Below, piece by piece: positions 41,989 to 55,782 of a stretch of DNA of 64,000 bases. Below the pieces are notes generated by a model, which was given only the letters and a program-made list of their open reading frames with translations, was not told where the DNA came from and searched no databases. Numbering within the stretch: the first letter of the stretch is position 1; each line of letters starts with the position of its first letter. Position numbers and translations under genes: made by a program. Source of the DNA: Basidiobolus meristosporus CBS 931.73 (taxonomy: Eukaryota; Fungi; Basidiobolomycota); NCBI GenBank assembly GCA_002104905.1, contig MCFE01000239.1, positions 55,624 to 119,623 on the forward strand, given 5' to 3'.

Positions 41989-42666
41989 GGCCATTTCGAA
42001 CCTAATCAGTTCTAGTAATTGTGCATAGGAAACATCATCAGTCGTAGTAGCTTTATATATATTCTATACATTTGTTATGCAAATATATTTCATATTTCGT
42101 TCGTTTAGTAATTTGATGGTCTCTGCCCAACTTCCCATGTAACTATACATCTAATCAGACCAAATGATTTAGCTCCCCCTCCCAAACGAGGAAACCGTGG
42201 CCTCATATGCTCCTATATTTCTCATTTTCATGATTTTCCTTCGCATCCCTTCCAACACTGACTCGCCCTACTGTTACTTCGCGACTTGCCGTTTCAGCAA
42301 TTAGGGAATAAATGAACCCAAACTGACCTGGTGTTGTTTCCAAATCGCTGTGCGTCCTGTTCCAAACATGGGAAATTACCATCGGGAGATCAGGATTCAT
42401 TCTGGTACCGCGAGATCGTTCTGGTGGAAATGGCTGCCATATTTGGTGCTCGGTGTAATATTATTACCATTCAGAGTCCGGGGTAAACCCCAATTAGACG
42501 TATCTGCACCTTGTGTCATGAAGGTTTCAAGTCTCTCTTGAGATGATGCAACAAGTCGAGTGGGGTTCAGACTTTTAACTCAACAAAATATGAACAGAGA
42601 ATAGACAAGCGGAGCTTTTATAATACATGGGATTGGTATTCACATAACTCTTAATATTCTTCAGGA

Positions 42667-43503
42667 TCAGGACAAGAGGTTTGGGGTCAAGGCCAGCCGA
42701 ATTGTTTCGTTCTGATAATTCGGATCAATGATCATTCTTTCAAAACTCTCCACTTTCTGCAGTTTGCTCTCAAACTCTGGCGAAGTGCACTCAACAGATT
42801 CTGAGGATCTGGTATGTGCAGATGTGGAGGTGCGCTTCGTTAGATCACCTTGCTTCCTCTGCTTTCTACCACTAAACAATGCACCAATCAATCTCGTATC
42901 TCCGCTTGGCCCTTTTCTGCCTGAGAGAGCTCTTGCGGATTTTCTGCTCTTCAACAAAGACCCAGTAATAAAAACAGACTTCTTGGGCTTCTGGTCTTCT
43001 AAGTATTTGCTCTGTGCTCGCTCGAACTCGCAAGGACATCTCTTCTTCGGACTCTTTGGAACAGTATAGCAGCTTTCACAGTTCTTTCTCACCTCAAGCT
43101 GTTTCTCCAGCGAAACCGCTTTACTACTGTCATCTTGGGGCTTTTCACATCCATTCAATGGAGGCTGAAACTCTGGCATCCCTATATTGGTCTTTGCGCC
43201 TCGTTTGTCTGAGTCGAGGGCAGTGCGTTTCACCCAGAAAGAGGCTTGATTGGATAAACTGTCGTGTGAGGCATGTTTCTCATTCTTCTGAAGAATCTGG
43301 GTGACCCGTACGTTCTCCAGGCGTGGTATATGCAGTGTCATCGGCTCCCAAGCAGCAGCTTCCGAACTTTCCAGAGCTTCTCCCTTCCCCTCAACACTAG
43401 CAGAGGTTTCGGTGTGTTTCGACGAGCTGCGTTTGATGAACCTGTTCGATAGGAGCTTACGAAAGGAGTAGGTGATGGATTGGGTGAAGTGATTCGAGGG
43501 CAT
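42667..43503 (-). CDS. Hypothetical Ser/Lys-rich, probably disordered protein, 278 aa
   Basis: Single 837-bp ORF. Short ordered C-terminal motif KVESFERMI..ETIRLALTP. Confidence 0.55.
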   Translation of the reverse strand: MPSNHFTQSITYSFRKLLSNRFIKRSSSKHTETSASVEGKGEALESSEAAAWEPMTLHIPRLENVRVTQILQKNEKHASHDSLSNQASFWVKRTALDSDKRGAKTNIGMPEFQPPLNGCEKPQDDSSKAVSLEKQLEVRKNCESCYTVPKSPKKRCPCEFERAQSKYLEDQKPKKSVFITGSLLKSRKSARALSGRKGPSGDTRLIGALFSGRKQRKQGDLTKRTSTSAHTRSSESVECTSPEFESKLQKVESFERMIIDPNYQNETIRLALTPNLLS

Positions 43504-44862
43504 ATTTGTCTAACGAAAGAAGCGGATGTGAAAGTATATACAAACGATGGGCTATCCTAATGCACAGTATAATTTCCTACTACTGGGCAGGCGTGCGTTG
43601 TTTAGTATATGTAGGAAAAACAAATATGGATCCCCCCAGGCATCAAGCTATATACCCCTTGTCAGCACTATTAATACTAAAGGATCAGTAAATATACTTA
43701 TTTTTAGAGTAATAAAATGCCAAATGTTATACTTAACCTCCTTCTCAGAAGGAGATCCATCCAGGGTAAGTGTAGTACAACTAGGGTGGCTGATATATCC
43801 CGCATCCTGTATCTACTACCCATTTGTGGTTCAAATCATCTATGCACCACACAGTCAATCCCTTGTCTAGAATCCAAAAGAGCAGCCATTAATACCTAAG
43901 CCATCAGAGTAGGGATCGGCGTTTCTTTAGCTATGGACGGCTGTAAGCTCGCTAAATCCCATGATTCAGATGAGCTGGTTCAGTTACGCCCCATTAATGA
44001 TCTTTCTTCCAACATTGGCAATATGCTCCAACATCCACATATATCAGCTTCTGGGGCTTGCTTCGATCGGTATCAGAAATTCCAATGATCATCGATGATC
44101 GAATTTAAGTGGAAAGCGGTGTCTTGAATACGTCAACCTAATTCTACCCTTGGGGGCCATGTGACCCTTCATCAGCACTCTGCTCTGCACCGTTCAGGGT
44201 ATTTTACCATTAAACGGGTGTTAATGGCTAGAGATCAGGTAAGGTAATATTGATTTCTTCGGTTAGACACCTCTCCAGAGGAATCGAAGGCATCATGAAA
44301 TTTATTATACAGATCTATATGGGTCTTGATAATACTTGTAGATGAGACATGAGTGTTTCATAGCAAGTGACGATTGCATATTTAACACTAATCAACTGTC
44401 GTACCCCGGGTAGGATCTAAATCGAGTCATTCAGCCTTTAGGCTGTCGAGATTAGTTGAAACTGCGCACGTTCAGCTGTCGACGCTTGACTAGCTTAAAT
44501 ATGTAGACCATTGGTCCGTTGGCTACGCAGCCCAGAAATAAACTGATTACGCTATGGTTGATGGCTTAAATTTATTAAATCTGGTAGTCTGCTGGATGAT
44601 ATTGGGTTAGGGAGCAGTGAGCTTCGAATTAAAAAATATGTCACCAATTATTCATGGGACAAAACGACATTTGTAATGATCACGCGATTCAATCAATTAA
44701 ATGAGCTTGTGACTGTTAATTTGAATTCCTCAAACTCTACTATACAGCTGCGGAGCTCACTTAAATGACATCCGTTTTCCACTGTGACTTGGTTACGATT
44801 TTTGTTTCTGCTCCGCTCTAATTCTATCTCCCGAACATTATCCTTTAGTTGCCACTTGACTC

Positions 44863-46610
44863 ATGACTTCTCCAACTTCTCTAAGAATGACACCCGCCGA
44901 ATTACAAACCTTCTACAAACCTCCTGAAAATACCCTCTTCGGCGATGTATACCAGATATTTGGTGATACTTGGGATGACCAAGACCTGAGACAAAGAGTT
45001 CTTCAGTTGTTACCACTCAAGAGCGGTCAAACCGGGGATAAAGAGCTGTTAAGCGAGGAGCTGGAGAATCTCTTAACCTGGGAAATCAACACTGATGTGA
45101 GCCTCACTCTGGTGGAAGAATCGACTCCCAATACCACCACTGTATTCAAAGCGCACAGAGATATACTGTCATTAAGAGTGGAGTATTTCCACGTTTTATT
45201 TTCGCATGAGTTTTTAGAGACCACCACTTCGGATATTTCTTTGAGCCCGAAGATATTCACGGCCGATTCTCTGAAATTAATCCTTCAGTATATCTACACC
45301 GGTCAATTTAAGCGCGGCCCTAGAGTAAAAACTTTGATGGAAGTCTGGACTGGTGCCGATTACTTGGGCCTGCAAAGCCTGTGTGACTACTGTCTTTTGC
45401 GTATCGAGCAGAACTGCCATTATCTACGGTGTGACTGCAAGCAATGCAAGATGATGCTCCCACGAGTACTGGAGTTTGCTTTTCGTAAACGCATCGATTC
45501 ACTAAAGGATATCGTTACCACCACCATGGTTATACTTCAAAGACACCTGTGGATAAGTAAAAGTTTTGCTCAATTAGAGGCCGATATCCGAGGTTACGTG
45601 TTGCAGGAGTCCATACAGGCCATCAACTCGAGTAACGTCTTTCGAACACTGAAGTGCTGCTATGAGGCACTCGATGAGATGGTCATCAAAGGCCGATCCA
45701 GCCCGTGGATGGATGTTTTGGAGGAGATAACGGGGGAGCTCAAAGATGCAAGTATTCGTTTGCTTGTATCGAAGTTTGAATGGGTTTGCAATAACGACCA
45801 AGATTTCATACAAGCCATAGACGGAGTGGGATGGAACGCAGATCTATTGGAAAAGGTCATGGACAGTTTAATTCAGAATCTCAAAGATGAATTCGTACTG
45901 CCTATCTATCACCAACTAGATCGGAACCTATTGCAGAGAGAGGCGGTCATATATGCTGGAAGAAACAGCCCGATCACCAGGCTTCTGATCGACGCGCGGG
46001 TTGCTTGTCTAGAGTACATAAAGAGAAGATGGATGGGAATCCGACTCACAGGAGGGTTCAACTATGCAGATGAAGAACTGCTATCATTGATCGCATTAGG
46101 TACATATGTAGCTTACCAAAGTTGCCTGCAGCCGAACCACTTGATAATCTTTTTTGTCTAGAGTTAAATATAGAGGAGCATGACTTACGTGAGGAGAACT
46201 TGCCGGTATTTGCAAATAGATCAAGCAGCACGCAGAAGTCAGATGTCTTGCCGAAGGGATTTCTTGCAAACATGATTGTAAGCCCCCTACCAAGTGGGAT
46301 TTACACACAAGAGGGCACGGAGATGAGCTATCCAGAGCTCAATGTTGGTGATAGAGTGTTGATATTTACATCTCGACGTTACGGCCAAGTGGCTTATATC
46401 GGCCGGACAGAATTCGGCTTAGGAGAATGGATTGGTATAGTGCTGGACAATGCAGGTACACTTCCTTCCAAAATAAGTATTAGTTAAAGAGGTGTGCTAA
46501 TGAAGGTTACAGACGGCCGACACGATGGAACCGTCAATGGAGTCCAGTACTTCACCACCAGCAACAAACGTGGGGTTTTCGTTCGAAGAGAATCACTCAG
46601 AACGGTCTAA
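44863..46610 (+). CDS. BTB/POZ-domain protein with C-terminal CAP-Gly domain (3 exons)
   Basis: BTB: TDVSL..FKAHRDILSLRVEYFHVLF..LILQYIYTG..ADYLGL. CAP-Gly: VGDRV..GQVAYIGRTEFGLGEWIGIVLD..|DGRHDGTVNGVQYF..GVFVR. Introns near 46100-46161 and 46455-46511. Confidence 0.85.
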
Positions 46611-49600
46611 GCACAGAAACGGATTTGCTGAGCAGTAGGAACACCTGATATGCCATATGTTTTGGGAAGAGGCTAGATGTGAGGATTAGACGGCCAGCTC
46701 GATGACCTGGCCAATTCTTAATTATCCTTAAGCCAAATGAACTGGCTTGAATCTATTCCATTTACTATGAACCTCTAAGTGGACTAGGACCCTGGCTATA
46801 AAACTTATCAATTGGGTGAACAAATGCTTTAATATACATTCACATATATAAATAGCCCGAAAGCTGTCAAGATCTATATGAACTGGGAATTGTATCCGGA
46901 TCTACATATTGGCAACACAACACATAGTAAAGCTCCTCTTTCCATTGGAATTTCGACTCATCTCGTATTGAGACCAGTAGAGGTTCAGAATCATTGGTTG
47001 AAGTGGTGGCCGTTCTGTGAGAGACAGCATAAACGTACCCTGAATCAATTCATGGATGACTTTGTGAATAAAGGGCAGTGAGTTCGGAAGTACAGGTCTC
47101 CGGCAATGGTCTGTAGTGATCACGTTCATTTCAATTCGAGTTTAGACTTAAAGAGGCATGTAGCAAGCAAATAGCCCCAAGTATCACATTCATACTCGCA
47201 GTCCCCCAGCAGGTGTTTATTACTGATTCTTGTTTTATCAGATGGATCGGTTTATTGTTGAGCATCATTTGACGTGATTGTGTGAATGGTGTTAGTAATG
47301 AGAGGTAATACCATTTCACTCTTTATAACAGGGCAATCTGAATGACGTCAACCATGATATGAGGCGCCTATTGGTTAAGGTCTGTGCAATTGCTGGTATA
47401 GGAGTAGTATGGTATCTACACCCATACCATCTACACCCAATGGATCAGGAAACGGGTTTGCTAGTCCTACCGTTGCCGAACGTGCATGTTGACATGATTT
47501 CGGTTAGGCGTTTTGAAATTGCACCATTTCCCAGTATGGATGAAATGAATGAGCTAACATTAGGGATTTCAAACAACCTCCGTCGTTCTCTTGACCTGGG
47601 AGCGGATTCCAGATGGAGCCAGGTTATTACGCTTTAGATGGTGGTTAAAACGTCGACCTTACTCCTTCCCACGTGCTGTTTTGCGTCACTTAACAATGGC
47701 CATAACGGAGTAGCTGATTATTGGATTCGCACCCATACCAGCAATATCTGTACACTAGCCGGCGATTCCCGTTGTCTCCCGATTTGCACCATCAGCTTGT
47801 AGAATGGAAGGATCAAGATCTGCTGAAATGGGGAATAGGTGAGCTCCACAAGCAACAGCTCAACGGCTCATTCCAAAAACCGACCGGAATTGGGTATACA
47901 AGGATTGACTACTACTATTCAGAATTAGCCAATATTGCCTACATCGATTGTTACCCACATTACAATCATTAGGTACGTAGTAGAAGGGATGCAGTCTATC
48001 AACCGTGTATCATTTCATCATTTATTGTTGGGAAGTAAATTAGCTTTGGATCAATGACAACACAGAAACAGTGCCACGAGTTGTCGTCTTTTGGTAGTCC
48101 GGACCGCTATCCCATGCTTAATCCCTGCATCTGTTCAACATAGATGATCGTATAGCTCCCAATGATGTTTGGTGTGCCTTGGTCAAAGTCCCGGGTAAAC
48201 CTGCCTGGTAGCTTTTAATGCCTCGGAATGGATGCCAAGCAATAAGCCTCAGGTTGAAAACCTGGTTCGCAGAACTTGTGAAAGCAGCAACAGCCTAAAA
48301 TACTTCGGTCAAGCCTGATCCCATTTCAACAAAAGTGCTCCAGATATATAACCTAGTTATCGACAGCCGCACAGTTGAGGGCACGTGTACAATCAATAAG
48401 ACGACAATCCCAACCGACCTTCAAAGCCACCACCAACAGATACGATCCCTTATGGATCATAGATTTGCCGAATTATTGCTCAAAGCCCATCAATTTGCAA
48501 CTATGCAAAGGTGTTGCAATTAAGAGTATCGCCTACACTCGCTAGTTGCACCAGGATCCAAATATATCTTGTCAATACATTTGGTTCAAAAGCTATTAAA
48601 TATATCGCACCAAATACAGAAGACACAATCATTGGTCATATCAGGATATTCCCAATATGTAAGCATGAAAGGGTTGTTTGCTTTGGCTGATTATCATGTA
48701 GAATACCATATTACCACGTGATCGGGTAACTACTGTCACCACTACCGTTTCCGCTATTGTGGAAGTTGTAAACGATTGGGTACAAGACTGGGGAGACTGC
48801 TAATTGAACAATGGACCAGATGAGTGATAGATATAGAGTGGGCTCCAAAGTAGCCGTCATAAAATTCAAAGTTACAACAAGCGTATGTGGAAGCTTCTCA
48901 AATCAACACCATTCCTAAGACGACGCGTCGCTGAAACTACAGAACCTTGCGAATGCACAAGTCGTTAGGCAATGTTTGAATTACTTCAAACATCGGCTGC
49001 AATCGTGTAGAGAGGCCTCATCAGTTTGCTTTTGCAGGTGTAATGCCAAGTATCGCTGTAACGTCTATATCAAATAATGGCCGTCCTTCCTAGCTGTATC
49101 TACGCAGAAATGTTATTGAACGAAATAGTTCTACCGAACGGGTCGCGAATCATTGCAGATGTAAGGGCTACTCTTTACTTTCCAAGATGGTAAATGCCAT
49201 CATACTATACTAGCTAGCTCAGCTTAATATCAATAGCATTACGCTATGGAACATATCATCTTCTTCTTTGGGGGGGGACTGTATGGAGCATAACTGTTAA
49301 GTTAAGCTTCTATGCATAATGGAAACAAAGCACACTTGAAGTGTCTTCAGAATCAAAATTGTATCTTACGAGTGTCGTATATGTATGGTTGCTTTAGAGT
49401 CGGAATATGCAATTCAGAAAACATGCTTCTGATGTCTCAGTAGTAGGCAGGCCTGCCCATCCAGTACTGAAATAAACCTCTTCTGTGGATGCCTTAATAA
49501 TAGCAATAATTCACAACAGTAAGGAGAATCCAATTAGTATCTTGGAGTGGCGCAATTAGGCTGAGGAAGTCTATCGATGGTGGACAGCCATCTGCCAGAG

Positions 49601-52600
49601 TGAAGAGGGTATTATCACGTACATAATTAAGGTGTGTGGACACTGAAGGTTCTACACAAATATCCATTCAAACGGGATTGCATCACCGACCGGTCCCACC
49701 AGGACCACGTCTGGGAGATTGAATCGGAATCTGGCCCCTATAAAAACTCAGCCGTCTATCAAAGCGCTGGAAATATTTGCAAGCTTGACAGCAAGATGAA
49801 CTTGGGTATTGGATCATCAAATTTAGGGAAGTAGGGGCAGAAGATGGTTTACTATTCCTATTGGGCCTAATTGCAAGTATACGAGAATATACGTTATACG
49901 CAATCGAATCTGGCTACCTAAGGCTATTAAAGTAGCCAACACCCTATCTGAATACACCCTACCTGGCTAGTCTCCCTGCACAATTCGAGAGACCAAGCTC
50001 GAGCGTGTACAGGAATGACAACTAAGAGATGATAAACCACCTTTTGGACTCGAGAGATCCACTTCATTCAGTTGCATATGCTGACTTCCATATTCAATTT
50101 GAAGTTTATCTAGAGCCTTAACAACCTACCCACATAGACCCTGGATACTGCAAGAATCCTGGTTTACGCCGATATTTTTAGGAAATGTGGTATTTCTGAT
50201 ACTTCGTCCACTGATGAAAAAATCATCTATCTTGATGACCCTGCGTCACGTGGCCCTATATCACACAAAAGACTGGTAATCTGTGCACCATATGGTGCTT
50301 CACTCGATAGTTATGTGATGGACTACGGACTCAAACTTGGTGAGAAGGGCGTTCAAGAATCAAGATATTTTTACTAGAGATCGGCAGCACATCCCAATCA
50401 GATATTTTAAATTTGTATTTTTGGATGGTATTCATACCTTTTCAATACGGTCTTGTGATGGTACTCCACCTCAAATACAGCTATAGATTTGGTATCGCTC
50501 GCAACCTTTCAGAAAGTTTGTAGCTAGGCGTCATAGTTTCCCTAGAAATAGTGCATGTGACGATCTATGTATTGCATGTGGTATTATACCTAGACATGGG
50601 CCTAATCCTCAATTCAGTGAAGTTGTAAGTTCAATCCAAGTTGGATTTCTGCTGATTCTCATATGGTATTCTGATGGTGTCCATATAGATACGGACAGCG
50701 CTGCGCATGCCAAATAAATTAATAGCTTTTAAAACTATATTTCAAATGAACTTCATTTTTTAGAACGATGAAGATGTAAAAGTACAGGATTCTGAAGACC
50801 ATACTGGGTATTCTATGTTGCATGTTACAAGTCCAGCATCTAATTTTTCATATATTTAGATGTGTACGTTCATCTATATGAAATGAAGTTCATTGACTTG
50901 GAAATAATTTGTATGAAATTCACTAAATTCCTTGAAGTTGTGAAGATACCAAACATGCCCGATAAGCCCGGAGGTCTACCAACAATCTCCAGGGACCATC
51001 CACGAAAAATTCTTATCTTGGTCGCTACGAGTTTCACCAATAGTATATGTACTTTGTGTAATAAGTGAAAGCCACCCTCTTTTTCAAATTCTCTAAATCG
51101 CTTCCAGAAGCCCACTGCTACTTTCAACATCCTAAACTCTGAGAATATCTTTCCAAGATTTTCAAGGAACCATCCTGCTCCTTACTTCTCTGAGCCCTAC
51201 TTGAACAATTTTCAATCATAGTCGAAGGTATGTACTCTTTCCCGTTTATCAAAACTGCATTAATGGTAACCAAGCTAGGGAGCTATCCATGAGGTATTTC
51301 GCCTGGTGCTCAATTTAATCGGATTATTCGTTCACAATAAACACTTTCACTGAAGAACAACTACCACTATTCAGAAGCGTTCTATTGAGAAGCTGAAGTT
51401 GCGGAAGTCTTTGAGGAATTAAAAACACTTGTATAGCTTACAACAAGACCAAGAAGTTGCAATACTATAATGACGGTAACGGGGTTGAGTTTGTAGGTCA
51501 TCGTATTCTGATGATTCATGTCTAACAAGACTAAGAATATTTATGTCGATCACTGAAATCACTCGGGCTTTTTCTTAAAAGAGGTAAAGCTGAGTTTTAT
51601 GCCGAACTATACAGGAAATACTAAAGTGCTCACAGTGTAAGCCAGTTTTTCCAGTCGAAGTGCCCACCTGTAATTCACAGGGGTGTAGACCCAAAATGTA
51701 TGGTCCCACCGAGATCTTTCCGTAGTCCAAATATCAATGATAGGATACGGTAGAATGGATTCATGATTATCTGTATGGTTCAGATGATTTCGCATACATT
51801 ACTGCGGCTAAATTGCAAACAAGGATTTTGGGTTGAATTCCAATACTTCGCAGCATTTCTACCCGGTGCTTGTAGACTTCGCTTTCATTTGAACCATTTT
51901 GATGTCCGAAATTGGCGTCAAGTGAATATCTTCATCCCACGCTCTCGTTCAATTCCTTTTCTTATTTGACGATCGTTTCTAGAATAGCTTAATAACTTCT
52001 GCGGATCCTCCAAATCTTGCGATCACGACATCACGGCCTGTTTCTCTCCGAATTGATAGCTACATTCTTTAATCTCATTTGTAGTGTGTGGAATGTATTG
52101 CACTGCGTCATCTGAACACTCGCCTGGGCGCTCATCCTAACGGGTGCCTGCGCACACTTTTCCTATGAGGATATTACCACTTTTGTTTAGATTGACATGA
52201 GTAAAACTTTTGTAATGTCCGCAGCCATAATGCTTCTGCCTAAAGAAGGCACGGCGCCTCCTAGCACAAAAATATACTTGGTCATGATGGTTGTACTTCC
52301 TAAAAACTTATGCGTTATACAAATTCAAAGAATCTAAGGAGATTTCATGAGTTTTATGGCCTATTCGCTAGCTCTATCTCCTTAAATATCCCACGTCAAG
52401 CAAGGTTATTTGCAATCGCCATTATAGTGCAAATCCTCATCAGATCCTTGTGCTTTGTCATCATATTCTCAGGCCCCATTCCTCCATCAAGTATAACATC
52501 GTTTGAGTCGTTTCTATCAAAACTTCATCGTAAGAAGACAGCAACTTATCCGATTAATCTACCGTGCTATCATACCCATACACCCGCTTAGAGTTCAACA

Positions 52601-52614
52601 TAAACGCAAACAAA

Positions 52615-53082
52615 ATGGAGGTACGCACTGAGCGCTGCTTTATACGCCCGTTTAAAGAACGTGATATAGACGATTTCATGGTCTACAGAAACGACATGGA
52701 CTGGATGAAGTATCAAGGGTTTAAAGGCTTGTCAAAAGAAGAATACAGAAAAGAGCTTCTTCCTGACCATTCCTTACAGGATGGAAGGCAGCTTGCGATA
52801 GTCTCCAACAAAACTGATGCCGTTATAGGGGATATATTCCTGAAACAGGAGGAAGACTCCGTATTTTGGATCGGATACACCATACATCCATCCAGCGCTC
52901 GACAAGGTTATGCCTACGAAGCAGTCTTGGGAGTTATCGAGGCATTAAAATCGAAAGGAGCTACTTGCGTGAAAGCGGGAGTGGAATCTGAGAATGCTGC
53001 TTCAATACAACTACTCAAAAAGCTGGATTTTCATTACATTGGCTTCGAAGAAGACGAAGAAGTATTTATGTTAAGTTTGTAA
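52615..53082 (+). CDS. GNAT acetyltransferase, RimJ/RimL (Acetyltransf_3) type, bacterial-like, intronless, 155 aa
   Basis: TERCFIRPF start, IGDI, IGYTIHPSSARQGYAYEAV (acetyl-CoA motif A), NAASIQLLKKLDF. The ATG at 52615 is preferred over the ORF-track start at 52564. Confidence 0.9.
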   Translation: MEVRTERCFIRPFKERDIDDFMVYRNDMDWMKYQGFKGLSKEEYRKELLPDHSLQDGRQLAIVSNKTDAVIGDIFLKQEEDSVFWIGYTIHPSSARQGYAYEAVLGVIEALKSKGATCVKAGVESENAASIQLLKKLDFHYIGFEEDEEVFMLSL

Positions 53083-54900
53083 AACATTTGTATGGAGTGT
53101 CCCAGGTGTCGTCCTGCTATGTGGAACCATAATTCCATTGACGCTTATGGCTAACACATTCACAAAATGTTGACACCCCCTTCGATTACCCTTGACAAAA
53201 AGTAATATGCTGCCTAATAGATACTAAACTCTATATACAGCCTCCTGAGATCTTCCTTAAGACATTCTTGTCATTTTACATGTATTTCTACTAAAAGTAT
53301 ATATACTTTGATGTAATAAATCAACGGTATTTATGGAATGAGGAATTTTTCTCAAGCGTTGACTTGCAACCGAGGTGATATGCCTAATATATATGTCCAA
53401 TCTGGTAAACCAACCATTACTAACTCGTTCTCTTAAGGGTAATTAGGTAGAGACAACGCCAGCTCCCTGGACAACATGGTAATTATTGATCATTTAAGCA
53501 GGCCTCCTCCCTTTCTTTTCTAGAGACCAGGAACGAATTATACTGCTCTTGGAAATTCCTAGAATTTGCAAACGTGTAAAATCACTATCCTGACATGCAG
53601 GCCTTGCTGAATTCAAGAATAGGCAGACACACGATGAAAGGTTCTGTAAAATGGGCTACCAAAGATGCGCAAGGATACATGACTAGCAATAGTAAAGCAT
53701 AGATATCAGGACTAAAAGCTCCTCGCAACTGCTCCACTCCGTATCTGATCCAGTCATGATTGTATTATCATAACCAATCCTCCTTGAATTACACGACCAG
53801 ATTTCAAGAGAGGACAGTATACTCAATAAGTCTTGCCAAATGTGGCATTCATCATTCTTTTTTTGCACCGGCAATTGAGAGCTGAATGCAATATCATCAG
53901 ATATTCACTATCTTAATATTCTGTCGGATGGTGATGTCCAACGGGTAAGGAATATGGGGCATCTGTGAGCATGGCCAATCATGCTCTCTAAAAGCCGAAG
54001 TTGCCTCGCCAAATATGACATCATACCGAGGGAGTAAACAATATAGATTAGAGTACTTGCTAAAAACGGCGTATTAAATATACAATTAAAGCAAATTTGC
54101 ACGTAGTCGTGATTTATATCCCACCTGGTAGGTGGATAAAAATTGACCGTGCCAGCGAATCTCTTCAATGATTAACATGGCAGAACCTGAATTAAGGGTT
54201 AGGCTGAGCAGGAGCGGCTATTCCAGCCTTGGTATGAACTTCAATCATGTTGTATCGCCCTGCCCTGGCTAATCCAATGTATGACTGCTGCTTTCTGACG
54301 TTAATAGACGACATGGATAGGAAATTCGGAAAGGAATTCGATCAGACAGTAAGAGCTGCAACTGGTGCTTCAGGTAGTGCTTATATTTGGGCCAACCGAA
54401 CCAGCAAGCCCGCAAATTTATATTCTCAACTAGCAATCATTTTAGCTACCGAAAGAGCTATCAATATCTAGCAGCATCTTGGCCTCTAGAATCTAGTACC
54501 TATTTGAAGGCTATCTTGTGTAACTACCAGGGGTAGAGTCTGAAGCACCCAGATACCCAATCAGTTACGGGATATTCTCCTCTGACCTCACGTACAGCTT
54601 CCAAAGGCATCCAAGACATTATTAGGGCTCGAGGCATCTAGAAGAAGCTGGGAATTCTATCATTGCCTGGGTAGCCTTATTTCGAAAAGCATTTCAATGA
54701 TCAGCCGGTGGGTAAATGTCGGCTAATTAGCCTACCGAGACCGGGAAAGTTTAAATTTGGATCACGTGAATTACTGTCTCAAGGCATGGGCTGCCTAATT
54801 CATTAATAGTTATGTAACATGAGGCTTACTACAATTTGTACATGTGGGTGGTGTTAATGGTGGTTGCAAGAATGCTTACTTTAACCGCGGTATCAACCAT

Positions 54901-55782
54901 TCACTTGATCTCAATTGCGGCAAGATCTGTATTGAGGTCATTCATCGGGGTAAGTTCACTGGACTTCCAACCTTTTGAGCGCCATAGGTGCGATCTCCAG
55001 ATCTGCTCAGTCATTAATTTGCAAGATACAGCCCCTGGAACAATAGGTTAGTATTCTGGTGAGGAGGTTGGCGCACCACATAAAAGCTACTCACATCCAA
55101 TGCTGAATAGATCCTTATGACCCATTACATTGGTAAACTTCAGGATTACAATGAAGAAATAGAACAGGCAAACGGACAACAAGAAGATCAGCCCATCCTT
55201 TATGAGAAAGGAATAGATCGCCCGAGGAGACTCTTTGTATTGTAGGTAGATAATGTTCAAGAACAGAATCGTCAGGAACATGGTGATCATCGTCTCAACT
55301 ACGATTGGGATGAGCATTTCGTACGATTTTGCTAGGCTGGTGCATATGTCTACCGTTATACCTATACGAAAGATCTTCACATCCGCGATAAGCTTGATCC
55401 ACATTGCCAAATGCAACAGCCTAAATATAATGTAGATTGAGGTGAGGAGCTTTGGTCTCTTGTTGACTGACTTTGCCTTGAGATACAGTATGGTGTCCAT
55501 TGATATCACGCTGATGGTGAAGGTGATAGCGAAAACCAAATAGCGAGCTCTACAAGGGAGATTATTGACGAAGCACCCACACAGCTGAACAACCGAATTG
55601 AACAGAAGGAGAACTGCAGGTATTAAGTTCAACTTGAATATCGGATGCTTATTGTGCATAACCGTAATGATGCTGCGGTATATAGTGCTTATAGCAACAG
55701 GAATTGACATGGAAGCAATTACTAAGCCAATATCGTGGTGCAAGACTGGATTCTGGGACGCTAACGGTATTTCACTGGCCAT
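54901..55782 (-). CDS. Multi-pass (about 7 TM) GPCR-like membrane protein, 2 exons
   Basis: Hydrophobic ORF 55087-55782. An intron after FSIGW (gtgagt...ttccag) gives a final exon AVSCKLMTEQIW...AAIEIK*. Confidence 0.65.

Noticed and set aside
47359-47972. Fragmented ORFs with an N-terminal hydrophobic anchor (glycosyltransferase-like?)
   Set aside because: Stops and frameshifts and no diagnostic motif; cannot be supported.
50140-50400. Fungal FunK1-type kinase relic (ILQESW; HKRLVICAPYG)
   Set aside because: Only two weak motif echoes in different frames and no HRD/DFG-equivalent found.
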